Part shown: one piece after another, positions 1-9,795 of the stretch
Layout of the letters: every line of letters starts with the position of its first letter
How positions within the stretch are numbered: the stretch's first letter is position 1
Source: an uncultured Acidobacteriota bacterium
GTDB lineage: Bacteria > Acidobacteriota > Vicinamibacteria > Vicinamibacterales > 2-12-FULL-66-21
Direction: 5' to 3'
NCBI GenBank assembly: GCA_963750935.1
Contig: CAVVSR010000004.1
Coordinates: 148,902-212,901 of the forward strand
DNA length: 64,000 nucleotides
Notes under the pieces: generated by a model
What the model was told of the DNA's origin: nothing
The model's database searches: none
The model's input: only the letters and a program-made list of their open reading frames with translations
Position numbers and translations under genes: made by a program

Positions 1-1560
1 CGAGGCGGGCCCGCCGTAGACCGGCACGAGCACCGGGTACTTGCGGGTCGGATCGAAGTTCGACGGGAACTGGATCAGGCCGTGCAGCGTCGTCTGTCCG
101 TCCGCGGACTTGTAGGTGAAGAGCTCCGCCGTCTTCAGGCCAAGCTCCTGGTACTTGGAGGTGTCGCTGGCCGCGATCTCCGCGACGACCTTGCCAGACG
201 AGGCCTCGACGAGGCGGGTCGCCGGAGCCGCGTTGTGGGCCTGATAGACGTCGACGAAGTGGGAGTTGTCGGGCGCGATCCCGCAGGCGCCGGCGGCGCC
301 GCCAACGCCACCACGGCCGCCGGTCGCCGGCATGCAGCTGCCCACCTGGTGGTGATACTTCGGATCGGTGAGGCGCACGTCTCCCTTGCCGTCGAGGCCG
401 ACGCGGTGCAGCTGCGGCTTCAGATGGTTGTCGCCATCGCGAGCCGTGTAGAAGATGACGCCCGCCGTTTCGTCCACCTTGATCAATGAGCCGACCTCGA
501 AGGTCGAGTGCCTCGTCAACGGCGTGATCAGCTTCCCGCCCAGGTCGTAGAGGTAGAAGTTCTTCCAGCCGTTGCGCTCCGACTCCCAGATGAACCGGTG
601 GCCGTCCTTGAGGAAGGACATCACCGGCGTGTTCTCGATCCAGCCGCTCGGCCACTCCTCGCGGATCACCACGCGGACCTCGCCGGTGTCTGCCTGCGCG
701 GCGACGAGCTCGAGGACGTTCTGCCGGCGGTTGGTGCGATTGAACAGCAGCTCCTTGCCGTCGGGCGCCCACGCCACGCGGTAGGCGTAGTGGCCGACCA
801 CCGCGTTGTCGAAGGGCTTGCCGTCGCGGACGTCGACGAGCGACGTGCGTTTGGTCGCGACGTCGTAGATCAGGAGGTCGACGACGGGATTCGGCGCCCC
901 CGCCTTCGGGTAGGCCTCGGTGTCGACCGTGCTCTGGAGCTTGGTCTGCTCGAGCTGGAGGTGGTAGTCGGGCACGCCGCTCTCGTCGAAGCGGTAGAAG
1001 GCCAGCTTGCGGCTGTCGGGGGACCACCACATGGCGGTGGTCTGTGCCGAGCTCTTCGCCGTAGACCCAGCTCGCCGTGCCGTACTTGATCCGCTTCTCG
1101 CGGCTGCCGTCGGTCGTGATCGGCGTCTCGACCTTGGTGGCCTGATCGATCAGCACGATGTTGCGGGTGGTCTCGTTGTACTGCGCGCGATAGGCCTTGT
1201 CGGGAGACTCGGCGAACGCGTACTGGCGGCCGCGCTCGGGGGCGCCGCCGCCGCGTCCACCGCGCCCGCCACGTCCCGCCGGCTCAGGCGCCGCGCCGAT
1301 TTCGGTCGCCTGCCGCGTCGCGACGTCGTAGCGATAGCGCTTGCCGTCGCGCGCGTACTCGAACGACTTGCCGTCCGCGCTCCACGTCGCCGTGACCGCC
1401 CCGGTTCGCAGCGCCCCGGGCAGCTGCGCCGACATCTTGGTGTACTGCGCGTACCCGGCATCGCCTTGAGGCGATCCTGGGCGGACGGCACGACCTGGAA
1501 GAGGGTGACGACGAGGGGCAGACCGAGACACAGACCGAAACGGGCAATCGGCTGGCGCAC
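1..1560 (-). CDS. Dipeptidyl-peptidase IV family (S9B) serine peptidase, N-terminal beta-propeller part. The 3' end lies beyond the window start. Two frame breaks.
   Basis: My own reverse-strand translation. GTG at 1560 is preceded by AGGAG and gives signal peptide MRQPIARFGLCLGLPLVVTLF. It continues GTASWVYGEELG / MWWSPDSRKLAFYRFDES ... NFDPTRKYPVLVPVYGGPAS, typical of DPP-IV. The frame changes near 1455 and near 1035, so the track shows no single ORF. Confidence 0.8.
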
Positions 1561-1710
1561 GCAACGCTCCTTGGCTGGCACGAAAAGAAGTGCCATCAGT
1601 TTAGCAGACGCGTTGGTTTCGGAGACCGGCCGGGCGCGCCCTGAATGGTACGGCCGCGGTCGCGTCAAGGAAACGGACCCGCTTCCGGCGGCCGCCGCCG
1701 GCGTGCGCTC

Positions 1711-1738
1711 GGTGCTCGGTGCTTGGTGCTAGGTGCGG
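1711..1738 (+). repeat. Tandem heptamer array (GGTGCTN)x4
   Basis: ggtgctc ggtgctt ggtgcta ggtgcgg read directly. It is intergenic and lies immediately upstream of the M19 dipeptidase gene. Confidence 0.85.
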
Positions 1739-1759
1739 ACCGCATGCTACGCTTTTCTG

Positions 1760-3103
1760 ATGCTGAGAACGTTGTCGTTTCTGTGTGCCGCGGCGATCGC
1801 CGCGAGTGTGGCTGTCGCTCCCGTCGTTGACATCTCGGCGCAACAGGCGGCCGATCCGAAGGAAGACGCCCTGGTCAAGCGCGCCCGGGCGATTCACGAC
1901 AAGGTGATCACGCTCGATACCCACGTCGACATCAGCGCGCAGAATTTCACCAGCGAACGCAACTACACGCAGCGGCTGGACACCCGGGTCGACCTGCCGA
2001 AGATGGTCGAGGGCGGCCTCGACGCGGCGTTCCTCATCGTCTACGTCGGCCAGCCCGACGAGCAGACGACGCCGGATGCGTTCGAGCCGGCGGGCTACGA
2101 GCGGGCCTACAAGTCAGCGGTCGAGAAGTTCGAGGCGGTGCACCGGCTGACGAAGGAGATTGCGCCCGACCGCATCGAGCTGGCGCTGACCGCGGCGGAC
2201 GTCCGGCGGATCAACGCGAAGGGGAAGAAGATCGCGCTGATCGGCGTCGAGAACGCCTATCCGATCGGGACCGACATCGGCCGGGTCAAGGAGTTCCACG
2301 ACCGCGGCGCGCGCTACATGTCGCTGGCGCACAACGGCCACAGCCAGCTGTCCGACTCCAACACCGGCGAGGCGTCGGGCTGGAAGTGGAACGGGCTGTC
2401 GCCGCTCGGCAAGCAGGTCATCGCCGAGATGAACCGTGTCGGCATCATGGTGGACGTCTCTCATCCGTCCAAGGAGTCGATGATGCAGGCGCTGCAGATC
2501 AGCAAGGCGCCGATCATCGCCTCGCATTCGTCGGCGCGCGCCCTCTGCAACCACAGCCGCAACATGGACGACGAGCAGCTGCTCGCGCTCAAGAAGAACG
2601 GCGGCGTGATCCAGACGGTGGCCTTCGCCAGCTACGTCAAGGACACGGCGACGCCGGAGCGGACGAAGGCGCTGGACGCGCTGCGCAAGGAGTTCGGGCT
2701 GCCGCCGGGCACGACGCTCGGTGGCCGCGGCGGGCGTGGTGGACGGGGCGGCCGTGGCGGGGCGCTGGCGCAGTTGAGCGACGAGCGTCGTGCCGAATTG
2801 CAGAAACGGCTCGACGAGCTGGACGCCACCCATCCGCCGCTGCCGCGGGCCACGGTCAAAGACTTCGTCAACCACATCGACTACATCGTCAAGAAGATCG
2901 GCATCGATCACGTCGGCATCTCGTCCGACTTCGACGGCGGCGGCGGCGTGGACGGCTGGGACAACGCGAGCGAGACGTTCAACGTCACGCTGGAGCTGGT
3001 GCGGCGCGGCTACACCGAGCCGCAGATCGACAAGATCTGGAGCGGCAACCTGCTGCGCGTCATGGACCAGGTGGCGAAGGTGGCGGCCCAGTCTCGGAAG
3101 TAA
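1760..3103 (+). CDS. Membrane dipeptidase (peptidase M19, renal-dipeptidase family), exported
   Basis: Track ORF 1733..3103. I prefer ATG 1760 (MLRTLSFLCAAAIAASVAVAP signal peptide) because GTG 1733 sits inside the heptamer array. Family motifs: DTHVDIS, YMSLAHNGHSQ, VDVSHPS, IASHSS, GISSDFDGGGG. Confidence 0.9.
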   Translation: MLRTLSFLCAAAIAASVAVAPVVDISAQQAADPKEDALVKRARAIHDKVITLDTHVDISAQNFTSERNYTQRLDTRVDLPKMVEGGLDAAFLIVYVGQPDEQTTPDAFEPAGYERAYKSAVEKFEAVHRLTKEIAPDRIELALTAADVRRINAKGKKIALIGVENAYPIGTDIGRVKEFHDRGARYMSLAHNGHSQLSDSNTGEASGWKWNGLSPLGKQVIAEMNRVGIMVDVSHPSKESMMQALQISKAPIIASHSSARALCNHSRNMDDEQLLALKKNGGVIQTVAFASYVKDTATPERTKALDALRKEFGLPPGTTLGGRGGRGGRGGRGGALAQLSDERRAELQKRLDELDATHPPLPRATVKDFVNHIDYIVKKIGIDHVGISSDFDGGGGVDGWDNASETFNVTLELVRRGYTEPQIDKIWSGNLLRVMDQVAKVAAQSRK

Positions 3104-5132
3104 TCAACCGCACGATCAGCCCGAGCAGGACAACGACGGCGGCGCCAATGGCGATCCAGAACATTCGTGGCGACAGCAGCACCGGGTCGGCCGACGCGGG
3201 CGGCGGCTGCTCCGCGTCCGCGGTGATCTCGCGCGCCTCGTTGCCAAGGACCGCCGGCGCGAGCAGCGCCAGGTCGTATTCCGGCGCCGCGACGTCCGTC
3301 TTGCCGTAGACCAGCCGCAGCGGCGTCGCGGGCTTGAAGAACCGAACCCGCCACGACGGCAGCAGCAGCCGCACCGCCGTGATCGGCAGCGGCCGGTTGT
3401 CCCCTTCCTCGACGATCACCAGCAGCTTCGTGCCCTCGCCTGCCGCGATCGGCACTTCGAGCGGCGGCGCCACGTTCGATTGATCGGCGTGCTGCCATGA
3501 CGGCCTCGCCAGCACCTCGAACCATTCGTCACGATGGCGGCGATCCGGCGGACGCTCGACACCAACCTGCAGGCTGCGCCGGAACACCCGGTCGGACGTC
3601 TCGAAGACGAGCCGCGCGTTCGGCAGGTTGGGATGCGGCAGCGTGAGCGCATAGATCGAGCGCTGACCGCCGCTCGTGTCACGCAGCGATTTCACCTCCG
3701 TCGTGGCCGGGGTGATGGGCAGATCCAGCGAGAGCGGCTCGGCCCGACGCTCGACGAGATACGGAATCTGCCGGCTGTCCGCATCCACGAGCCGGACGTC
3801 CGCAAAGTTACCCGAAGGCCCGCGGCTGTGCGACAGCACCGCCGCGTCGAGCTGCAGGGTGACGAGACCGGCCGGCTGTTCCTCGATCGCACGGTGATAC
3901 CGGAAGCCGGCGACATCCAGCGACGCCCCCCGGTCGGCGAGCGGTGGCGCGGGAGCTGGTGTCGTGGCGGTGTCGGCGGGACGCGGGTCGCCCCACGACG
4001 CCTCGAGCACATCCGCCAGCACGACCGACGCTCGCCGCGCCTCGAGGTCGTACTGCGGGGGCGACGCGGAGGGATCGCCATATCTCGCCGTCAACGCGCC
4101 GCCTGGCGCCTCGAAGTAGATCACGGGCAACTCGGCGAACTCGAGCGAGACGCGGTCCAGCGCCAGCGGCGGGTTGCTGCCGTCCTCGATCACGAGCTGC
4201 AGCTCCGACGTGCGCGGCGCGTCGATCGCGATGCGCATCGCGGGAGCGCCACTGCGCTGCTCGGCCCGCACCAGCCGGGCGCGTCCGAGCTCCTCCGGAT
4301 CGGCGCGCGCGCCGCTGAAGCGCGTCTCCATGACCGACGCGTCGCGGAAGACGTCGCCGGTGCCCGCTTCCAACAGGAGCGCCGCCAGCGGCAGCCCCGC
4401 CGCCGGCAGCGGAATCCGATAACGGCTCCGGCCCGGCTCGCTGGCCTGGCGCTGCGCGGTCACCGGCACGATCAATGGGTCGGCAGGCACGCGTGACGTC
4501 GGCGTCTCGCGGGCGCGCACGGCGCGCGGCAGCGACAGCCGGCCGCTGTTGGTGTCGTCCCAGGTCACCCGCAGGTAGCGGAAGGTGCCGGGCGCGAACG
4601 CGACCGAGGTCTGCCGTACGCGCTCCTCCGGCAGATCGAGCAGGGTCCCCTGCCCGACGAGCATCGACCAGCGCTCCCGGTCGCCGCTGCCCTCGAGCAC
4701 GAACCGTTTGAGGAACGGCGCCGGCAGGCCGTCCACCGTCAGCGCATCGATGGCGCGGGCCTCCCCGAGATCCACTTCGAACCCACTCGTCTTCTGCGTC
4801 GCGGCGATCGCGAGCACGGCGCCGCCGAGCCACGTCGCACGTGCCGACGGCCGGGACATCAACAGGTACGGGACCTCGCGTCCGCCGGCGTCGAACAGCC
4901 GCAGATCCCCGAGACCGCCGTGCGCGTGCGTGCCGTCGGCGTCCGACGTCACCCGCGTGAAGCGCTGTCCACTGGCCAGCAGCGGGATGTCGATGCGCAG
5001 CTTGCGCGGACCGCCGCCGACGGTGTGGATCTCACGCGTGACGATGCGCGCCGGCGATGGCGACGGCTGCGCGGTGACGAACCCGGCCGCCGCCAGGGTG
5101 AGGAACGCGACCGCTGAGGACGTGCGGGTCAT
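3060..5132 (-). CDS. Exported, C-terminally membrane-anchored protein with two homologous halves (DUF3999-like)
   Basis: Track ORF 3060..5366. The likely start is ATG 5132, overlapping the upstream stop as ATGA. Signal peptide MTRTSSAVAFLTLAAAGFVTAQP; C-terminal TM helix MFWIAIGAAVVVLLGLIV. The family name rests on architecture and on the DUF2339 neighbour only. Confidence 0.7.
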   Translation of the reverse strand: MTRTSSAVAFLTLAAAGFVTAQPSPSPARIVTREIHTVGGGPRKLRIDIPLLASGQRFTRVTSDADGTHAHGGLGDLRLFDAGGREVPYLLMSRPSARATWLGGAVLAIAATQKTSGFEVDLGEARAIDALTVDGLPAPFLKRFVLEGSGDRERWSMLVGQGTLLDLPEERVRQTSVAFAPGTFRYLRVTWDDTNSGRLSLPRAVRARETPTSRVPADPLIVPVTAQRQASEPGRSRYRIPLPAAGLPLAALLLEAGTGDVFRDASVMETRFSGARADPEELGRARLVRAEQRSGAPAMRIAIDAPRTSELQLVIEDGSNPPLALDRVSLEFAELPVIYFEAPGGALTARYGDPSASPPQYDLEARRASVVLADVLEASWGDPRPADTATTPAPAPPLADRGASLDVAGFRYHRAIEEQPAGLVTLQLDAAVLSHSRGPSGNFADVRLVDADSRQIPYLVERRAEPLSLDLPITPATTEVKSLRDTSGGQRSIYALTLPHPNLPNARLVFETSDRVFRRSLQVGVERPPDRRHRDEWFEVLARPSWQHADQSNVAPPLEVPIAAGEGTKLLVIVEEGDNRPLPITAVRLLLPSWRVRFFKPATPLRLVYGKTDVAAPEYDLALLAPAVLGNEAREITADAEQPPPASADPVLLSPRMFWIAIGAAVVVLLGLIVRLITSETGPPPSPPGP

Positions 5133-8100
5133 GGGGTGGCCTTCGGTTTCGCGAGCACGAACTTCTGCAGGGCGATGGAGACGAGCGCCAGCGCGACCGC
5201 GAGGCCGACGAACGAACCGATGCGGTAGAGCCCTTCGAGCGAGCGCAGGTCGTAGAGGAAGCACTTGAACGTCGTCACCGCGATCAGCGTTACGGCGGTG
5301 ACCCGCGCGGGACGGTTGCCCATATAGATGCCGGCCGCCAGCAGCAGCATGCCGAACGCCAGCCACCCGATCGTGTAGGTGAGGTCCTGCGAGAGGGTGA
5401 CCCCGAATCGGAAGGTGATCTCCGGCCCGGTCGCGTAGTAGTCGGCGATCTCGATGTTCAGCAGCAGGAACAGCAGGATGACGCCGGCCGCCGGCAGGAC
5501 GTGCGCCAGCCGTGGCAGCCCCGGCACCACGCGATCCTCCGTCCGCGAGAGGAACCAGGCGCCGAGCAGCATCGAGCCGGCCGCCAGCAGGTAGGTATAC
5601 AGATACCAGTTGAAGATGCGCATCGCGCCGCGCGGCTCGTAGATCCAGACATCCTCATTCAGCGCCAGGCGCACGAAGACGACGACGAACAGGGCGGCGC
5701 AGGCGATGAGCAGGCCGCGGTGCGGCACGCGCTGGTAGAGCCAGGCCAGCGCCGCCGCTTCGAGCGCCCAGCCGATGGTGATCCACTGGTGATCGAGCTG
5801 CAGCGGAATCGCCACCGTGATGAAGGCGAGCGCCACGCCGGCCACCAGCGCGAGACGGGTCATGTCGCGCTCGCCGGCGCGCTCGAGCCTGAGCAGGGCC
5901 CGCAGCAGGAACGCGGTCACCAGCCCCTGCACCACCGGGACGATCCCGATCATCCAGTCGAGTCCGCCGCCGTCGAACGCGGCGCGCGCGGCGAAGAACG
6001 TCATCGCCGCGGCGGCCAGGGCGACCAGCCACGGCTCGCGGCTGGCCCGCCGGCGCGGTCCGACCACGAGCGCGTACGCGGTGAACAGCGCGTAGAGCGC
6101 CGCGGCCAGGATCAGCAGCTCCCGCCACTCGATGCTCAGGTCGTGCGCGAGTTGATACTCGAGCAGCGCGGCCCACGCCACGGCGACGGCACCACCGGCA
6201 ACCCGGCTCCATCCGGCTTGCGACGTCAGCAGCAGGATCACGCCGATGTTGAGGACGTGCGTGGCGAGCAGCGCCGGGAAGGGGGGCGGCCCCTCGGCCT
6301 GCGAGGCGAGAATCGCCACGAGCTCGCCGCCGAAGAGTGCGACCGCCGCAGCCTGGCGGCCGAGCTGCCCCTGCCCTTTCGCGTCGGCCAGCAGCATCCA
6401 GGCGAGCGCATAGATCGACAGGATCGCCGAGGCCGACAGGCCGATCAGCGTCCACGGCATCTGCGCGCTCACCGCCGTCCAGGCCGCGAGCACGGCTGCC
6501 GCCCCGCCGACGGCGAGGACGTGCAGCACGCCGGCCCTCACGAACAGCGCGGTCACGCTCGACGCGAGCGTGATCACGAACAGCGTGCCGAAGATCGGCC
6601 ACGGCGGCAGCGACCATTCGCGGTTCAGCGAGATCAGCAGCAGGAACAGATGGCCGATCAGGCCCAGATAGAGACCGCCGGCGAAGGCCGACGCACCGTC
6701 CGCCTCGGCGGATCGCGTCGAGTGGGCCGCCCACGCGTGACCGGCAAGCGTGATGAGCGTCAGTCCGGTCAGCACCGCGAGCGACGGCAGGATGCCGACC
6801 GCACCGGCCGACTGCTGCCACCACACGCGCGAGCACGATCCACGACAGCACGGAGCCGACCTGCGCGAGCGCGGGCATGCGTCCCGACGCGCTCTCGATG
6901 AACACCGCCGCGTTCAGGATCGCCAGCAGCAGCGCCAGCGCCCAGAGCGCGGCCGGCGCGATCGGCCCGGTGGAGAGGAACAGCAGCAGGAACAGACTGG
7001 CGATCAGCACGACCGCACCGCCCACCTGTGGCTGCAGCTCGCGCCCCATCCGTCGCGCCAGGACCGGCACTGCCGCCGTCACGATGCCGAACACCGCGTA
7101 GACCGCAACCGCGCTCGACAGCAGCTCGAGCGTCAGGTGCGACGCCGACCAGACCGCCTGCGTCGCGACGGCGAGGAACGAGGCTGTGAAGAACACGCCG
7201 CCGCGGCCGATCGCGATGGCGCGCCAGGCGCAGAGGAGCACGAGCGCGAGCAGCGGACCGAACAGCGGCAGCGGATCGGCCGACGCGGGATCGATCTCCG
7301 CGATCACCGGGAACACGAACAGCAGCGCGGGCGCGGCGTAGACGCTGCGCTCGGCGCCGTCACTCAGCGGACGCGAGAACCGCCGCGCGATCGTCGGCGC
7401 GAACAGATAGAGCAGGACGAACGCCGCCACGAACGCCAGCGCGAGCAGCCGCGCGCTCTCGCTGTAGCCCGTCGCCAGCCAGACCGCCCACACCAGCAGC
7501 GTGGCGAGCGCGCCCACGCCCTGGAGCGCCATGCTCCTCAGCGCGATCGTCACCGCGAGCAGGCCGACGTCGATGAGCAGCAGGAAGCCAAAGAGGAGGC
7601 CGGGTCGCGCGCCGTACGCCGGCACCGTCGCCAGATAGACGACGAACAGCAGCGGCAGCGCCGCCGCGATCACCGTCGTCCGTTCGAACGTCTCGTCTTC
7701 CTCGCCGCGGGCGCGGCTCAGGCCGCGGCGGCCGAACAGCATCGCCCCGACGCTCAGGATCGGGAAGATCGTGAAGATCCCCATCGCCAGCGGCAGGTCG
7801 CTCGCGTTCAGGAACTTGAAGACCCAGATCCACTGGTAGGCGGTCGTGAGGACCAGTGTGAGGATCGTCAGCACCGGCCAGACCTGCTTGTAGGCCACCC
7901 ACGCCAGGCCGACGTTCAACAACACCAGGTAGGCGAACAGCGGAATCGGACGGTTCTCCCCCGTCGACAGCAGCGCCGGCGTCGCGAACCCGCCGAGCAG
8001 GCCGAGCACCGCGATGAACAGCGACTCCCGCCTGATCGAGAGCAGCACCGCCAGGGCGGTTACCGCGGCGAGCAGCGCGAACGTGAGCGTCGCCGGGATC

Positions 8101-9015
8101 AGGTTCCACAGCGCGTGCGCGGCAAAGAAGGTTGCGAACAGGATCGCGATGGCTGCGGCATCGAGCGCGTTGGCCGTCGCCGGATAGTTGCGCGCCGCCT
8201 TCATCTCGCACAGCACGAGCAGCCCGACGGCGACCGCGATCCCGATCAGCACGCGAATCGGCGGCTGCAGCCACCCCTGCTGCACCGAGTAGCGCAGGAA
8301 CAGGACCGCCGCGAAGATCAGCGCGATGCCGGCGATCGCGGAGAACATCTTGACGCCGACGACGCTCTCCCAGTCGAAGGAGGGAGCCGGCTCCGTCGGC
8401 GGGGGCGGGGGCGGCGGCGGAAGGCGGCCGCGGCGGCATCGGCGCTCGCGGTGGACCGGCGGACGGCGGGATCGCCGGGGCCGGACGATCGGGCCGGGGA
8501 GCGCTTGCCGGTGGAACCGCTGGCGCAGAGGGGATCGCCGGCGGGACCGACGCTGGCGTCTGTGGCGTGGGTGACGTTGCGGGAGCAGGCGACGGTACCG
8601 ACGGTGTTGGCGTCGCGACCGGAACCGTCGAGGGTGATGCCCGGCGGACGGGCGATGGCGGAACCGCAGGAGAAGGCGGTGGCGCGGCCGGACGTTCGCG
8701 CACAACCGGTGGCGAGCTGACCGGCAGCGGGATCGCAGGCGCGGGCCGCGGCGGGGACGGCGGAACCGCTGCTGCCGGAGCCGATGCGGCTGGCGCGGGT
8801 GCCACCTCCACACCGGCGCGTGCGGCAGTCTCGCGCTGGCCGATCAGCGCCGCCGACAGACGCTGCGTGGTCGCCTTCTGGTCCTCGAGCGCCTGTTCCA
8901 GGGCCGCGACCCGCTTCTTGGTCCGATATAGCGACACCCATAACGCGATCGGCAGAATGAACGGCACGATCACGAAGAACATCCCGAGCAGGATGAATGG
9001 GAGCACGTCGTCCAC
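5129..9015 (-). CDS. Very large polytopic membrane protein (DUF2339-like), about 1295 aa. Two frame breaks.
   Basis: Three track pieces join into one continuous hydrophobic protein: 7360..9015 (real to about 8430), 5655..8813 (real about 6830-8420) and 5129..6826. GTG 9015 is preceded by GGAGGG. Layout: N-terminal TM helix, a coiled segment, a Pro/Ala/Ser linker of about 150 aa, then dozens of TM helices. Confidence 0.75.
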
Positions 9016-9126
9016 TGGCCCTCCGTATCCCGGTACTTATCGGCGCCTGGGGTTCGATTCCTGACTTCCTGATACTCTTCCTTTGCCCGGCGCGGCGGCT
9101 CATGCCGGCCTGAGAACTCATGAAAA

Positions 9127-9795
9127 ATGGTGTCTGAGGCAGGACAATCCCAGGATTTGCCGTCGGTTACAGAAATCGCTCCTCCGCTCGTCATCGGTGT
9201 GGCCGGGGGCTCCGGTTCTGGCAAGACCACCGTCGTCCGGCGCATCCTCGACAGCCTCGGCACCGACCGGGTCACGGTCATCGAGCACGATCGGTACTAC
9301 CGGGACCGGAACGACCTGCGGCTCGAGGAGCGCGCCGCCCTCAATTACGACCACCCCGATTCGCTCGAGACGGATCTGCTGGTCCGCCACGTCGAGGAGC
9401 TCAGGGCCGGGCGCCCGGTCGACGTGCCGATGTACGACTTCTCCAGGCACGCGCGGCAACGCACCACCGAGACGATGGCGCCGCGGCGGGCGGTGATCGT
9501 CGAGGGCATCCTCATCTACTCGGACGCGGCGCTGCGGGCGCTGATGGACGTCAAGGTGTTCGTCGACACCGACGACGACACGCGGTTCATCCGCCGGCTG
9601 CAGCGTGACATCGCCGAACGCGGCCGGACCGTGCAGTCGGTGATCGAGCAGTACCTGAGCACCGTCAAGCCGATGCACCTCGAGTTCGTCGAGCCGAGCA
9701 AGCGCTACGCCGACATCATCATTCCGCAGGGCGGGCACAACGCGGTCGCGATCGACATGGTGCTGACGCTGATTCGCAGCCTGACCGCGCGATGA
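9127..9795 (+). CDS. udk: Uridine kinase
   Basis: P-loop GVAGGSGSGKTT, plus DHPDSLE and RDIAERGR motifs. 222 aa. Confidence 0.93.
   Translation: MVSEAGQSQDLPSVTEIAPPLVIGVAGGSGSGKTTVVRRILDSLGTDRVTVIEHDRYYRDRNDLRLEERAALNYDHPDSLETDLLVRHVEELRAGRPVDVPMYDFSRHARQRTTETMAPRRAVIVEGILIYSDAALRALMDVKVFVDTDDDTRFIRRLQRDIAERGRTVQSVIEQYLSTVKPMHLEFVEPSKRYADIIIPQGGHNAVAIDMVLTLIRSLTAR

Noticed and set aside
9047-9062. tRNA-like T-loop motif GGGGTTCGATTCC in the DUF2339/udk divergent spacer (possible tRNA, or an att-site remnant of an integrated element).
   Set aside because: The flanking sequence does not form a T-stem (tgggg versus cctga). No acceptor, D or anticodon arms can be drawn. No integrase or other mobile genes lie nearby.
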